Notes under the pieces: generated by a model | What the model was told of the DNA's origin: nothing | Seen by the model: the letters and a program-made list of their open reading frames with translations, nothing else | The model's database searches: none | Position numbers and translations under genes: made by a program | Shown here: one piece after another, positions 1 to 10,538 of the stretch | How positions within the stretch are numbered: position 1 is the stretch's first letter | How the letters are laid out: every line of letters starts with the position of its first letter | From: an uncultured Planctomycetia bacterium | GTDB lineage: Bacteria; Omnitrophota; Gorgyraeia; Duberdicusellales; 4484-171 | NCBI GenBank assembly: GCA_964629655.1 | Contig: CAZVQU010000002.1 | Span: 460,878-524,877, forward strand | Length of the DNA stretch: 64,000 nucleotides | Direction of reading: 5' to 3'

Positions 1-281
1 TGATTCCTCAAGTAGAGTTTGGCATGAAAAGTTCCTTCAATCAAATCATCAATAACTACCTTTTCCAAGGCAACCTTTAAATTTCCTATAATTGCCAAGA
101 TCAAATCATGGGTTAAGGGTCTCTGGGGCTTGAGGCCGCCGAGCTTCATCTTTATAGCTGTAGCTTCTCCGATTCCGATAACAATAGGCAACAGCCGCGG
201 GCCTTGTTTTTCTTTGAGAACAATAACCTGTTCCTTTTTTTGTTCATCAATTATAATTCTTGAAAGTTCTACTTCTATCAT
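1..281 (-). CDS. Bifunctional nuclease family (DUF151) protein, 3' end outside window
   Basis: Not in ORF track. Hand translation from ATG at 281: [43 protein letters not shown]...RPLTHDL...TFHAKLYL, containing the LPIxIG and RPLTHDL DUF151 motifs. ATGA overlap with the nrdR stop. Confidence 0.9.
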   Translation of the reverse strand, partial: MIEVELSRIIIDEQKKEQVIVLKEKQGPRLLPIVIGIGEATAIKMKLGGLKPQRPLTHDLILAIIGNLKVALEKVVIDDLIEGTFHAKLYLRN

Positions 282-739
282 TTTACCCGTTTATTAAAAA
301 CATCTTTTAATTCGCGCATGAATTGATTGATATCCTTAAATTGCCTATAAACCGAAGCAAATCTCACATAAGCAACATCGTCTAATTTAGCTAACTTCTC
401 CATAACTACCTCTCCGACGTGGTGTGACTCTAGTTCTTGTTCGAATTTCTTCTGCAATTCTCCTTCAATCTCATTAGCTGTCCTTTCTAAAACTTCTACA
501 CTTATCGGCCTCTTCTCGCAAGCTTTTAACAAGCCGGTTAAGATTTTCTGGTGATTAAAGGGCTCTCTTCTTCCATCCTTCTTTACTACCATAAGAGGGG
601 TCTTCTCAACATACTCATAAGTAGTAAACCTTTTACCGCAATCAGCGCACTCTCTTCTTCTCCTGATAGCTGTTCCCTCGGATGTCTCCCGGGAATCAGT
701 AACTTTATTCTCATTACTATTACAAAAAAGACACCGCAT
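278..739 (-). CDS. nrdR: Transcriptional repressor NrdR
   Basis: Zn ribbon CxxC...RRRREC..C.KRFTTYE, ATP-cone, [10 protein letters not shown] motif. Confidence 0.98.
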   Translation of the reverse strand: MRCLFCNSNENKVTDSRETSEGTAIRRRRECADCGKRFTTYEYVEKTPLMVVKKDGRREPFNHQKILTGLLKACEKRPISVEVLERTANEIEGELQKKFEQELESHHVGEVVMEKLAKLDDVAYVRFASVYRQFKDINQFMRELKDVFNKRVK

Positions 740-754
740 AACGCCCCTCTTCCT

Positions 755-1264
755 TTATCTTTTGCCCTTTACCTTTCTTAAAGTCACCCCTGCTTCTTTT
801 AAAAAATCAATTGCCATCTCATCGGGATACTCACTCTCAACAGCCACCTCTTTAATGCCAGCATTTATAATCATTTTAGCGCAAATGCTACAAGGAGTAC
901 TAGTTATATAAAGAGTACTCCCTTTGGTAAAGACACCGGAAGAAGCTGCCTGTAAGATAACGTTCTGCTCAGCATGAAGACCACGGCATATTTCGTGACG
1001 CTGGCCAGAAGGAATACCTAATTCCTCACGCAGGCATCCAGTACTCTCGCAATGAACAATATCTTTAGGCGCTCCATTATAACCGGTAGCTAAAATCTGC
1101 CTATCTCTAACCAATACCGCCCCCACTCTTCTGCGCAGGCAAGTTGAGCGCTCGCAAACTAAGAAAGCAACTCCCATAAAGTACTCATCCCAACTTGGTC
1201 TTATAATTTTTTTCACGGTCTTGGCTTTATTATTTTTCTGCTTAAGCGGCATATATTTTTTCAC
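755..1264 (-). CDS. dCMP deaminase family protein (start uncertain)
   Basis: [24 protein letters not shown] and PCxxC zinc deaminase motifs. Confidence 0.93.
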   Translation of the reverse strand: MKKYMPLKQKNNKAKTVKKIIRPSWDEYFMGVAFLVCERSTCLRRRVGAVLVRDRQILATGYNGAPKDIVHCESTGCLREELGIPSGQRHEICRGLHAEQNVILQAASSGVFTKGSTLYITSTPCSICAKMIINAGIKEVAVESEYPDEMAIDFLKEAGVTLRKVKGKR

Positions 1265-2499
1265 TCATAAAGTGGAAATTTCTTGGTGAATTCAAGTACT
1301 TCCTTTTTTATCTTCTTAAGCTGATTAAGATCGTGCCTATTGCTCAAACCCCTATCGACAAATTCAGCAATTTTCTCTGCATCAGCCTCCTTTACGCCTC
1401 GAGTGGTAACAGCCGGGGTTCCAATACGAATCCCACTGGCCACTGCTGGCGGCTTAGGATCATAGGGAATAAGATTTTTATTCACGGTAATGTTAACTTC
1501 TCCCAAGACTGCAGTTGCCTCCTTACCACTGATATCCTTTGATCTTAAATCTAGAAGAAAGAGATGGCTGTCGGTACCACCGCTAACGATACGATAACCT
1601 TTATTCTCAAGAGCTTTAGCGAAACATTTGGCATTTTTAACTACCTGCTTCTGGTACTGAGTAAACTCAGCCTTTAAAGCTAAACCAAAAGCCACAGCCT
1701 TAGCTGCAATAACATGCATTAGGGGCCCGCCCTGAACTCCCGGAAAGACTGCAGTATTAATCTTCTTGGCAAACTCTTGCTTAGTCAAAATAAAACCACC
1801 TCTTGGACCGCGTAAGGTCTTATGGGTAGTCGAGGTAACAAATTCGGCATACTCACAGGGATTAGGATATATTTTAGCAGCGACTAACCCGGCAAAATGG
1901 GCCATGTCTACTAAAAGATAAGCACCAACCTTATCGGCTATTTTTCTAAAACGTTTAAAATCGATTATTCGAGGATAGGCAGAACCTCCGGCAATAATCA
2001 TCTTTGGCTTATGTTTTAGAGCCAACTCTTCTATTTTGTCACAATCTATACACTCAGTATCTTTATCAACCCCATAAGCAATTATATTATAAAACTTACC
2101 ACTAAAATTTAAAGGATGGCCATGAGAAAGATGCCCTCCACAGGCTAAATCCATAGCTAAAATTGTATCTTGGGGCTCTAAAGCCGCGATCATTACTGCC
2201 ATATTGGCCTGAGTTCCTGAGTGGGGTTGAACATTAGCATATTCAGCACCGAATAATTGCTTAACCCGATCCCTAGCTAAATCTTCGGCTTGATCTACGA
2301 ACTCACACCCTCCGTACCAACGAGCCTTAGGATATCCTTCGGCATACTTATTGGTCAAGACAGTACCCTGGGCTTCTAATACAGCTTGAGGAGCAAAATT
2401 CTCACTAGCAATCAACTCTAAGTGCTCTCTCTGGCGCTTGAGTTCCTGGATCATACTATTATAGACTTGGGTATCCTGATGTTTTAATTCTTCAAACAA
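1261..2499 (-). CDS. glyA: Serine hydroxymethyltransferase
   Basis: [26 protein letters not shown] (PLP lysine). Confidence 0.99.
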   Translation of the reverse strand: MFEELKHQDTQVYNSMIQELKRQREHLELIASENFAPQAVLEAQGTVLTNKYAEGYPKARWYGGCEFVDQAEDLARDRVKQLFGAEYANVQPHSGTQANMAVMIAALEPQDTILAMDLACGGHLSHGHPLNFSGKFYNIIAYGVDKDTECIDCDKIEELALKHKPKMIIAGGSAYPRIIDFKRFRKIADKVGAYLLVDMAHFAGLVAAKIYPNPCEYAEFVTSTTHKTLRGPRGGFILTKQEFAKKINTAVFPGVQGGPLMHVIAAKAVAFGLALKAEFTQYQKQVVKNAKCFAKALENKGYRIVSGGTDSHLFLLDLRSKDISGKEATAVLGEVNITVNKNLIPYDPKPPAVASGIRIGTPAVTTRGVKEADAEKIAEFVDRGLSNRHDLNQLKKIKKEVLEFTKKFPLYE

Positions 2500-2944
2500 A
2501 TTCCGCCTCCTCTATTTCCCTTATCTTCTTTAGCCTCCGGGCGTGCCTTCCTCCTTCAAACTCTTCCTTAAGCCAACGCGAGATTATCTTTTTAGTGTAA
2601 TCAACCTTAAAAAGAGAAGAAGGCAAGACTAAAACATTGCTATTGTTATGCCTACGGGACATACAAGCGCTGTTTAAATTATAAACTAAGGCTGCCCTTA
2701 CTCCTTTTACCTTATTGGCAGCAATGCAGCTACCTATTCCGGTATAGCAGATAATAATCGCCCTATCAACCTTTTTGTTTCTTACAGCTTCGCTAGCCGC
2801 ATAGGCATAGTCAGGATAATCGCAAGGATCTTTGGAATAAGTCCCAAAATCAATAAGGTCATACCCTCCCTCTGTTGTAAGATATTTTATCAGAGTATTC
2901 TTTAATTTAAACCCTCGATGATCAGAAGCAATACCTATCTTCAC
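2492..2944 (-). CDS. rpiB: Ribose-5-phosphate isomerase B
   Basis: ASDHRG, DYPD, C.TGIG, RRHNNSN, FEGGRH. Start moved to GTG at 2944, which follows an AGGAGG RBS. Confidence 0.95.
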   Translation of the reverse strand: MKIGIASDHRGFKLKNTLIKYLTTEGGYDLIDFGTYSKDPCDYPDYAYAASEAVRNKKVDRAIIICYTGIGSCIAANKVKGVRAALVYNLNSACMSRRHNNSNVLVLPSSLFKVDYTKKIISRWLKEEFEGGRHARRLKKIREIEEAEFV

Positions 2945-2964
2945 TTCTCTCCTCCTTTTACCCT

Positions 2965-4029
2965 CTAAAGCCAATCCTTTAACTCTAAAATAGCCTCTTT
3001 TATAAGCGAATATACCTCTCGGTATGCTGCCAAATTTCCACCTATAGGATCAGGAATATCTTGCTCAGCTTCCTGGGGAAGAAACTTCTTTAAATTAAAT
3101 ACTTTTCCTTCAGCCTTAGGTTCAACTTCTAAAATATACTTAACTTGAGTATCTTCCATGCAAAAGATTAAATCCGAAGAAAGAATGGTAGGCCTATCTA
3201 ACCTTTGAGCATAAAATTCACTGGCATCTAAGCCCTCTTCCTCTTTTAAAATACTTACTACCGAAGAAGATGCTTTCAATCCTTCGGGAGCAGATACCCC
3301 CCGAGATACTACCTCATACCTTTCATCAAAATAAGGCCTTACTCCTTTTAAGTATTTATAAAGAAGAAACTGAGCCATAGGAGAACGACAACTATTACCG
3401 GCACAAACGAAAAGGATTCTTTTTCTGATGAATGCCCTAATTATATCTTGTTCGGGGACTACCCCTTCTCTTAAAACTTTAAAAGGCCTGCTGGTTAAAT
3501 CTACTACTGTTGACGATTGAGAATAGACACACTTACCGCCATCAACAATCAAATCTAACTGGCTATCAAAAGCATCCTCTACCTCCACAGCTGACATCGC
3601 TTCCTTTTGCCCGCTTATATTTGCTGAAGGAAGATAAACAGCATCGTCAAGCTCATTTAAAATTTCGTTGGTAATGGCGTTGGCCGGAATCCGTATGCCG
3701 ATTTTTTCGTCCCTAGGAGTGTAGTAAATGATTGTAAGCGGCCCGGGCCAAAACTTCTCTATGAGCCGATATCCAAAAGGCGGTAAGGTGTCAAAGTAAT
3801 CCTCTACTGCCTTGTCAATATTACCTAAAGCAAAAGCCAACGGCTTCTCATGAGATCTCTTTTTTAATACATAAAGTTTCTTAACCGCGCTTTTTTTCCC
3901 GGCACAAACACCCAAGCCATAGACAGTCTCGGTAGGTAGAGCAACTATGCCTCCCTTGCGAATAATTTCTACTGCTTGTTTAACTAAAGAGTGGTCGATA
4001 TCTTTAGGGTCGATAAAAATTTTCTTCAT
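2965..4029 (-). CDS. tsaC: Threonylcarbamoyl-AMP synthase (YrdC/TsaC) fused to a low-molecular-weight phosphatase domain
   Basis: N-terminal PTETVYGL, WPGPLT, PSANISG; C-terminal FVCAGNSCRSPMA (CX5R P-loop) and IPDP. Confidence 0.93.
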   Translation of the reverse strand: MKKIFIDPKDIDHSLVKQAVEIIRKGGIVALPTETVYGLGVCAGKKSAVKKLYVLKKRSHEKPLAFALGNIDKAVEDYFDTLPPFGYRLIEKFWPGPLTIIYYTPRDEKIGIRIPANAITNEILNELDDAVYLPSANISGQKEAMSAVEVEDAFDSQLDLIVDGGKCVYSQSSTVVDLTSRPFKVLREGVVPEQDIIRAFIRKRILFVCAGNSCRSPMAQFLLYKYLKGVRPYFDERYEVVSRGVSAPEGLKASSSVVSILKEEEGLDASEFYAQRLDRPTILSSDLIFCMEDTQVKYILEVEPKAEGKVFNLKKFLPQEAEQDIPDPIGGNLAAYREVYSLIKEAILELKDWL

Positions 4030-4484
4030 TACTTGAATTTCTTCTTCAAGGCTTCTAGCTTAGGAGTATACTCCTTATCCTTAAGTGAAAGGATTTCTAA
4101 GGTAAGGATTATGGCGTTGATAAAGGCACTTTTGCCTACGCCAGTTGAAGCTATCCCCAATCCTTTAGGTACGCTGACCATAGAAAATAAGGCGTCTACT
4201 CCGCCAAGAAGCCCTCCTTCTAAGGCTACCCCAAGAACAGGAATATTAACATAAGAAGCAATAAACCCTGGCAGAGCTGCAGCCATTCCAGCACAGCCAA
4301 TAGCCACCTCAATACCCTGACCTTCCATCTCCTGACAAACTTTCCTTAATTTCTCAGGGTTTCTGTGGGCAGAGATAACCTCTAACCTGTGAGCAATGTC
4401 TAGCTCCTTAAGAATATCCATCCCTTGTTTTAGCTTTTCAAGATCGCTCTTGCTTCCCAGAATAATAGCAATTTTTTCTTTCAT
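4029..4484 (-). CDS. purE: PurE (N5-CAIR mutase/AIR carboxylase family)
   Basis: GSKSD, SAHRNP; position in the pur cluster. Start moved to ATG at 4484 after a GGGGG RBS. Confidence 0.92.
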   Translation of the reverse strand: MKEKIAIILGSKSDLEKLKQGMDILKELDIAHRLEVISAHRNPEKLRKVCQEMEGQGIEVAIGCAGMAAALPGFIASYVNIPVLGVALEGGLLGGVDALFSMVSVPKGLGIASTGVGKSAFINAIILTLEILSLKDKEYTPKLEALKKKFK

Positions 4485-4582
4485 TTTACCCCCTTTTTTT
4501 GACAATATTCATTTTATCTCTTAAATCAAAAAATTCAATCTTTTATTGTAATATCGCATTTTAAGGCTAGTTTTAAAGGGGA

Positions 4583-5866
4583 TTAACGACTCAGAGCTTT
4601 ACTACCAATATCTCGACGAAAATGCATCTTCTCAAAGCTAATATTTTCTATAGCTTTGTAGGCTTTATCTTGAGCTTCTCTTATGTCTTCACCGAGAGTA
4701 GCAACACCTAAAACCCGGCCTCCATTAGTCGCAAAGGCAGAACCAAAAGGACTATTCAAGAGCTTAGTCCCGGCATGAAAAACAAAAACATCGTCTGAGG
4801 TTTCTGGAGTCTCTAATCCCTTGATCTCCTTTCCCTTTTCGTAAGTTGCTGGATAGCCTCCGGAAGCCAAGACTACACAGAGACAAACCCTCTTATCCCA
4901 GACTAACTCTACCTCACTAAGCTCACCCTCCACGCTCCTTAAAAGAAGATCGGCTAGATCACTCTTAAGCTTTGGTAAGATAACCTGAGTCTCAGGATCA
5001 CCAAACCTAACGTTAAACTCTAAAACAAAAGGAGTATTATCTTTTATCATCAAGCCTATGTAAAGTATCCCTTTGTAGGGTTTGCCTTCTTTTTTGAAAC
5101 CTTCAATGAGAGGCAGGGCGATTTGATTTTTTATTCGAGCTAAAAATTCTTCATTTACCACCGGAGCCGGGGCATAAGCGCCCATGCCTCCGGTATTAGG
5201 ACCTTTATCATTATCGTAAGCCGGCTTATGATCCTGGGAAGAAACTAAAGGGATCACTGTCTCTCCATCGGTAATAAGTAAAATTGAAGCTTCTTCACCT
5301 TCGAGGCAATCTTCAATTATTATTTTCTCACCAGCCTTACCAAACTTCCTCTCAACCATCATCATATCAACGGTCCCTTCGGCCTCACTCATATCTTTAG
5401 CTATAACAACCCCTTTACCAGCAGCTAATCCGTCAGCTTTTATGACCAGTGGAAATTCTTTTTGCCTTAAATACTCCTTTGCTGTAGAAGCCTGATCAAA
5501 AATCTTAAAATCAGCTGTAGGAATGTTATATTTTCTCATTATCTCTTTAGCAAAAACCTTACTGCCTTCAAGAAGCGCTAACTCCTTGCTGGGACCAAAG
5601 GCCTTTAAACCTTTGGCTTCAAAGGCGTCTACGATTCCTCCAACTAACGGGGCTTCGGGACCAACAATAGTTAAGTCGATTTTCTTCTCCACTGCAAACT
5701 TTAGGAGCTGGTCAATATCGGTATCTGGTATATTTACATTCTCAGCAACTAAAGAAGTACCGCCGTTGCCGGGAGCGCAATAGAGTTTATCGACTAATGG
5801 AGACTGGGATATTTTCCAACTCAAGCAGTGTTCTCTGCCGCCGGAACCAACAACAAGTATTTTCAT
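4583..5866 (-). CDS. purD: Phosphoribosylamine-glycine ligase
   Basis: GSGGREH, KADGLAAGKGV, GPNTGGMG, RFGDPE. Confidence 0.99.
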   Translation of the reverse strand: MKILVVGSGGREHCLSWKISQSPLVDKLYCAPGNGGTSLVAENVNIPDTDIDQLLKFAVEKKIDLTIVGPEAPLVGGIVDAFEAKGLKAFGPSKELALLEGSKVFAKEIMRKYNIPTADFKIFDQASTAKEYLRQKEFPLVIKADGLAAGKGVVIAKDMSEAEGTVDMMMVERKFGKAGEKIIIEDCLEGEEASILLITDGETVIPLVSSQDHKPAYDNDKGPNTGGMGAYAPAPVVNEEFLARIKNQIALPLIEGFKKEGKPYKGILYIGLMIKDNTPFVLEFNVRFGDPETQVILPKLKSDLADLLLRSVEGELSEVELVWDKRVCLCVVLASGGYPATYEKGKEIKGLETPETSDDVFVFHAGTKLLNSPFGSAFATNGGRVLGVATLGEDIREAQDKAYKAIENISFEKMHFRRDIGSKALSR

Positions 5867-6864
5867 ACCAAGTTCATTTTTTTGTTTGACTTAACAATTT
5901 TACCAATAAGGCGAGTTTTGCAGCTTTTATTTAAGGCGGTTAAAATCTTCCGTGAAAATTTTTTATCTACAACCAAGATCAGGCCTATTCCCATGTTAAA
6001 TACCGTATACATCTCCTTATCGCAGATTCCGCCTTTGTCTTTAATGGTTCTAAAAATCGGAGGAACTCTCCAGCTCTTCTTGTTGATTACCATACCTAAG
6101 TCTTTAGGCAGAATCTTTGTAGCCTTACTGTAGAATGCTCCACCGGTAATGTGAGCGATTCCCTTAATAGCTGAAGACTTATCTTTGGAAGAAACTAAAG
6201 AAAGTACTTCTTTTACGTAAATTCGTGTAGGCGCAAGCAGCTGTTTTGCATATTTCCTAAGTTGATTTGGACCCAATACTTTCCTTACTAAAGAAAACCC
6301 GTTAGAGTGTAAGCCTGAAGACTCTAAACCGATTATTAAATCGCCTGGCTTTATCTTAGCTCCGGTAATCGCCTTATTCTTGTCTACTATTCCTACACAA
6401 AACCCAGCTAAATCATACTCATCTCTTTGGTACATACCGGGCATCTCAGCAGTTTCACCGCCCAAGAGCAAACAACCTGATTGTTTTAAGCCCTGGCTAA
6501 TTCCTCCGGCTACTTTCAGCAAAGTTTTAGGGTTTAGCTTTCCGCAGGCAATATAGTCTAAGAAAAAAAGTGGTCTAGCCCCAATACAAATAATGTCATT
6601 AACATTCATCGCTACTAAATCTATGCCTACCCCTCTATGAATATTAAATTGTTGGGCAATTTTTAGCTTTGTTCCTACCCCATCGGTTGAAGAGACTAAA
6701 ATAGGTTCTTTATAGTTCCTTAGCAGAGGTTTAAGATTAAACAGAGAGCCGAAAGCAGAAGTTTTATTGATCTTACTTTGCGAAAAGATGTTCTTGATTC
6801 CCTTAACGAATTGATCAGCTTTTTTTATATCTACGCCGGATTTTTTATAGGTTATTTTACTCAT
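5863..6864 (-). CDS. purM: AIR synthase
   Basis: YKKSGVD, DGVGTK, GGETAEMP, SGLHSNG, AHITGG. Confidence 0.98.
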   Translation of the reverse strand: MSKITYKKSGVDIKKADQFVKGIKNIFSQSKINKTSAFGSLFNLKPLLRNYKEPILVSSTDGVGTKLKIAQQFNIHRGVGIDLVAMNVNDIICIGARPLFFLDYIACGKLNPKTLLKVAGGISQGLKQSGCLLLGGETAEMPGMYQRDEYDLAGFCVGIVDKNKAITGAKIKPGDLIIGLESSGLHSNGFSLVRKVLGPNQLRKYAKQLLAPTRIYVKEVLSLVSSKDKSSAIKGIAHITGGAFYSKATKILPKDLGMVINKKSWRVPPIFRTIKDKGGICDKEMYTVFNMGIGLILVVDKKFSRKILTALNKSCKTRLIGKIVKSNKKMNLV

Positions 6865-6874
6865 TAGTCTTAAT

Positions 6875-7627
6875 TCACTTAAAATAATCTACTGCATTCT
6901 TAAAAAATCTCTTACCAAACGGTATGGCTTCCTTTTCTTTCCAGAACGGCGAATGATGCTTAAACATACCTCGCTCAGGATGCGGCATTAATCCTAAGAT
7001 GCGGCCTGAAGCATCGGTGATTCCGGCAATATCATTTACCGACCCGTTAGGATTGAAAGGATATCCAGCTGAATTTAGCGAGCTGTCAACATACCGCAAA
7101 ACCACCTTGGCTTCAGTCTCTATTCTATCTAAAATACTACTTTCTGCATAGAATTTTCCTTCTCCATGAGCTACCGGCAAGTTGATTAACTCCGGTAAAC
7201 CTTTTAGCCAGACACTTTTCTGCTCTACTTTTAAATAAACCCACCTATCTTCAAAACGGCCGGAATCATTAGCGGTTAAGGTAACTTTTTGTTGGAAATC
7301 CAGATCCGGCAATATCCCGGTCTTAACTAATACCTGGAAACCATTACATATACCGAGAATTAAACCACCTTTATCAATAAAGGCTCTTAGCTGATCCTTC
7401 AGCCAACAAAGAAACTCTAAAGAGAATATCTTTCCGGCTCCTAGATCATCGCCATAACTAAAGCCTCCCGGAATGCAGATTATCTGATACTTAGAAAGCT
7501 GGTTCTTCTCCTTTACATAATTTATATGTTGCAAATCTGTCTTTGCTCCGGCTGAGGTAAAAGCAAACTCGGTCTCTTTATCGCAATTAATACCTGCAGT
7601 TCTGATTATTAAGGCTTTTGGCTTCAT
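6875..7627 (-). CDS. purQ: FGAM synthase glutaminase subunit
   Basis: PGGFSYGD, GICNGFQ, MPHPER; start taken at ATG 7627. Confidence 0.97.
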   Translation of the reverse strand: MKPKALIIRTAGINCDKETEFAFTSAGAKTDLQHINYVKEKNQLSKYQIICIPGGFSYGDDLGAGKIFSLEFLCWLKDQLRAFIDKGGLILGICNGFQVLVKTGILPDLDFQQKVTLTANDSGRFEDRWVYLKVEQKSVWLKGLPELINLPVAHGEGKFYAESSILDRIETEAKVVLRYVDSSLNSAGYPFNPNGSVNDIAGITDASGRILGLMPHPERGMFKHHSPFWKEKEAIPFGKRFFKNAVDYFK

Positions 7628-7628
7628 T

Positions 7629-10517
7629 TCAACGGAATTTAGCAAAAGTACTCTTCCAAGACTCTCTTAAACTCTCTATATCTAAATTAGCTATTGCTTT
7701 AGACTCTTTATTGTATACAATTAATCTTTGATCGGCAGATACGCAACCGATAAGGCCAAACTTAACCCCAGCCATCTCATTCTCAAAAGCATTCTTCTTG
7801 TTCTTAGCAACCTCAACCAAAAACCTTGAAGGTGATTCCGAGAATAAAATCTCATAATCAAGCATATTGGCCTCTTGAGGAATTTGGTCCAAGAATATGC
7901 TTGCTCCCTTGCCTGATCCAATACACATCTCAGAGATACTAACTGATAAACCACCCTCTGATAAATCATGGCAAGAAGTAACTAAACCCTTTTCTATTGT
8001 CTCACTAAGCTTTCGAAAAGTCGTAAGGCTCTGAGTCTTATCCACCTTAGGCACTAAGCCTTGATCTAATTTTAGGCTTCTGAAATACTCTGAACCGCCA
8101 AGCTCAGGCTTTGTTGTTCCGGTTATATATATAAGACTACCGGCATTTTTAAAACTACTGGTTATAACCTTCTCCCAATCGGAAATTACAGATACTGCTG
8201 AGATAAGCAGAGTGCCGGGAATAGATATATGCTTATCCTCAACCATATATTCATTATAAAGGCTGTCTTTTCCCGAGATAAAAGGAACACCAAAATAGGT
8301 AGAGAAATCATAGCAAGCCTTTGATGCTCTTACTAACGACCCTAAAAGGAGTTCATCCTGTGGTGAGCCCCAACTAAAATTATCAAGAATAAAAGTCTTA
8401 TCCAGCTTTGCGCCAGCCGCAATTACATTCCTTAAGGCTTCATCTATGGCTAAAGCCGCCATCCAGTAGGGATCAAGGTCAGAGTAAAAAGGATTTATTC
8501 CCAAACCAACAGCTACGCACTTATTACTTTCAAAATCAGGCCGCAAAATTGCTGCATCATTTACTGCCTCATTCTCTATGCCGTAAATAGATTTACTTAC
8601 TGAACCAGCCTGGACCTCATGGTCATACTCGCGCAGAACCCAGTCCTTACAAGCAACATTAGCAGCAGAGAGCATAGCTTTAAAATCCTCGTTATAATTA
8701 CCCTTTTCTTTTAATTTATGAGGCAACTCTCCCTTTTCTATCCAGACTCCCTTTTTCTCGATTCGCGGTAAGTTAAATATGAAATCCATATCCAGTTCAC
8801 TGACTTTATTACCTTGATAGCAAAGTACTAACTTTTTATTATCAGTAACTTTACCGACCACGCTAAGCTCTACATCCTCTTCGTTAAATATTTGCTTTAA
8901 TTTTTCTAGATTACTCTCTGAGGTGAAAAAAACCATTCTCTCTTGCGATTCAGATATCCAGATTTCAGTATAGCTTAGGCCCCGATACTTTAAAGGGACC
9001 TTTTCTAAGTCCACTTCAACACCACACTCTTCAGCTAACTCAGTTATAGCGCTGGAGATTCCTCCGGCACCGCAATCAGTTATCGCATTAAATAAATCTT
9101 TATCACGGGCTCGTAAAATTGCTTCGGTTAGTTTCTTCTCCTCAATAGGATTCCCAACTTGGACAGCACTAGTTAAGTTAACTGTATGCTCGTCGAGCTC
9201 TTTGGAAGAAAATGTTGCTCCGTGAATACCATCACGGCCAGTTCTTGCCCCACAAAGAATAACCAAATCTCCCGGCTTAGGATGCTTAAAGGACTTTTCC
9301 TTAGGCAGGATACCTAAAGTTCCGCAATAAACTAAAGGGTTGCCCAAAAACCTCTGATCAAAAAGAACCGCTCCGGCTACAGTAGGAATCCCCATCCGGT
9401 TACCATAGTCTCTTACTCCTTTTATAACGCCCTTTATTATTCGTTTGGGATGAAGCAAGCCTTTAGGCAAATTATCATGAGCTATATCCCAGGGTGAGAA
9501 ACAAAATACATCAATAGATCCAAAAGGCTTAGCCCCGCAGCCGGTACCTAGGATATCCCTGATAACTCCACCGATACCGGTTGATGCTCCGCCATAAGGT
9601 TCAAGGCTTGAGGGATGATTATGAGTCTCTACTTTAAAACAAATATTATACTTATCGTCAAACTCTACTACTCCTGAGTTATCAGCAAATACTGATACAC
9701 AGCCAGGAGAATTTATCTCTTTGGTAGCTTTGAATACAGTTGATTTAAGAAGATTATCGATCGTCTCCTTCTTAATCAAATTATTATTTTGGTCTCTCTC
9801 TTCATATTCGATAACTCCCCGAAAAGTTTTATGAGCACAGTGCTCTGACCAAAGGGTAGCTATAGTTTCTAACTCGCAATCAGTAGGGTTTCTACCCAAG
9901 TTTTCAAAATAATTCTGAATTATCTTCATCTCATCAAGGCTTAAGGACAAACACCCCTTATTCGATATTTCGATAAGATTATTATCATTTGCGTTAAGAA
10001 TGTCTACCTTTACTAATTCAAACTTATAATCTTTTCCAGCAAACTCATCAAGAGTATCAATATCTTTAGCCGTTTGGTAGTCCAATATATGTTCAATCAA
10101 GGGGTTAAAGAGTATTTTCGGCGCTAAGTAGTCTATTCTCTCCTGGCTTAGACCTTGGAACTCATAGAATTTAGCTATTCTTGCTTTTTTGACGCTTAGG
10201 GAGAGATCCCTTATGGCCTTCTCTAAAGACAGAGCTACTGAATCACAGACACCGGGATTGTAAGTTATTAATATTTGATTAGGGGTCGGGGGTTTTTCGA
10301 ATATCCCTTTAGTTAAAGAATATTCTTCTATTACCGGATCGATTAATAGTTCACTGGCAATTCTTTCTATATCTTGGAGTTTAAGGTCGGCGTCTATAAG
10401 ATAAACCTTCTTGGAATAGACCTGAGTTGACTCCTCTATGCCCAAATCTCTTATCTGCGAAGAAATTTTCGGACAAAATTCTTTCTTCTTAGAAAATACG
10501 TCTATTCTCCAAATCAT
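7629..10517 (-). CDS. purL: FGAM synthase PurL with N-terminal PurS-like domains
   Basis: WSEHC.HK, KVETHNHPS, DCGAGG, SESQERM, GKDSL; two PurS-like repeats in the first ~150 aa. Confidence 0.97.
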   Translation of the reverse strand: MIWRIDVFSKKKEFCPKISSQIRDLGIEESTQVYSKKVYLIDADLKLQDIERIASELLIDPVIEEYSLTKGIFEKPPTPNQILITYNPGVCDSVALSLEKAIRDLSLSVKKARIAKFYEFQGLSQERIDYLAPKILFNPLIEHILDYQTAKDIDTLDEFAGKDYKFELVKVDILNANDNNLIEISNKGCLSLSLDEMKIIQNYFENLGRNPTDCELETIATLWSEHCAHKTFRGVIEYEERDQNNNLIKKETIDNLLKSTVFKATKEINSPGCVSVFADNSGVVEFDDKYNICFKVETHNHPSSLEPYGGASTGIGGVIRDILGTGCGAKPFGSIDVFCFSPWDIAHDNLPKGLLHPKRIIKGVIKGVRDYGNRMGIPTVAGAVLFDQRFLGNPLVYCGTLGILPKEKSFKHPKPGDLVILCGARTGRDGIHGATFSSKELDEHTVNLTSAVQVGNPIEEKKLTEAILRARDKDLFNAITDCGAGGISSAITELAEECGVEVDLEKVPLKYRGLSYTEIWISESQERMVFFTSESNLEKLKQIFNEEDVELSVVGKVTDNKKLVLCYQGNKVSELDMDFIFNLPRIEKKGVWIEKGELPHKLKEKGNYNEDFKAMLSAANVACKDWVLREYDHEVQAGSVSKSIYGIENEAVNDAAILRPDFESNKCVAVGLGINPFYSDLDPYWMAALAIDEALRNVIAAGAKLDKTFILDNFSWGSPQDELLLGSLVRASKACYDFSTYFGVPFISGKDSLYNEYMVEDKHISIPGTLLISAVSVISDWEKVITSSFKNAGSLIYITGTTKPELGGSEYFRSLKLDQGLVPKVDKTQSLTTFRKLSETIEKGLVTSCHDLSEGGLSVSISEMCIGSGKGASIFLDQIPQEANMLDYEILFSESPSRFLVEVAKNKKNAFENEMAGVKFGLIGCVSADQRLIVYNKESKAIANLDIESLRESWKSTFAKFR

Positions 10518-10538
10518 CTTATAAAAAAAGGAAGGGAA

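Noticed and set aside
7721-7969. Nested minus-strand ORFs (also 62870-63070)
   Set aside because: Alternate-frame ORFs inside purL and argC with no independent evidence
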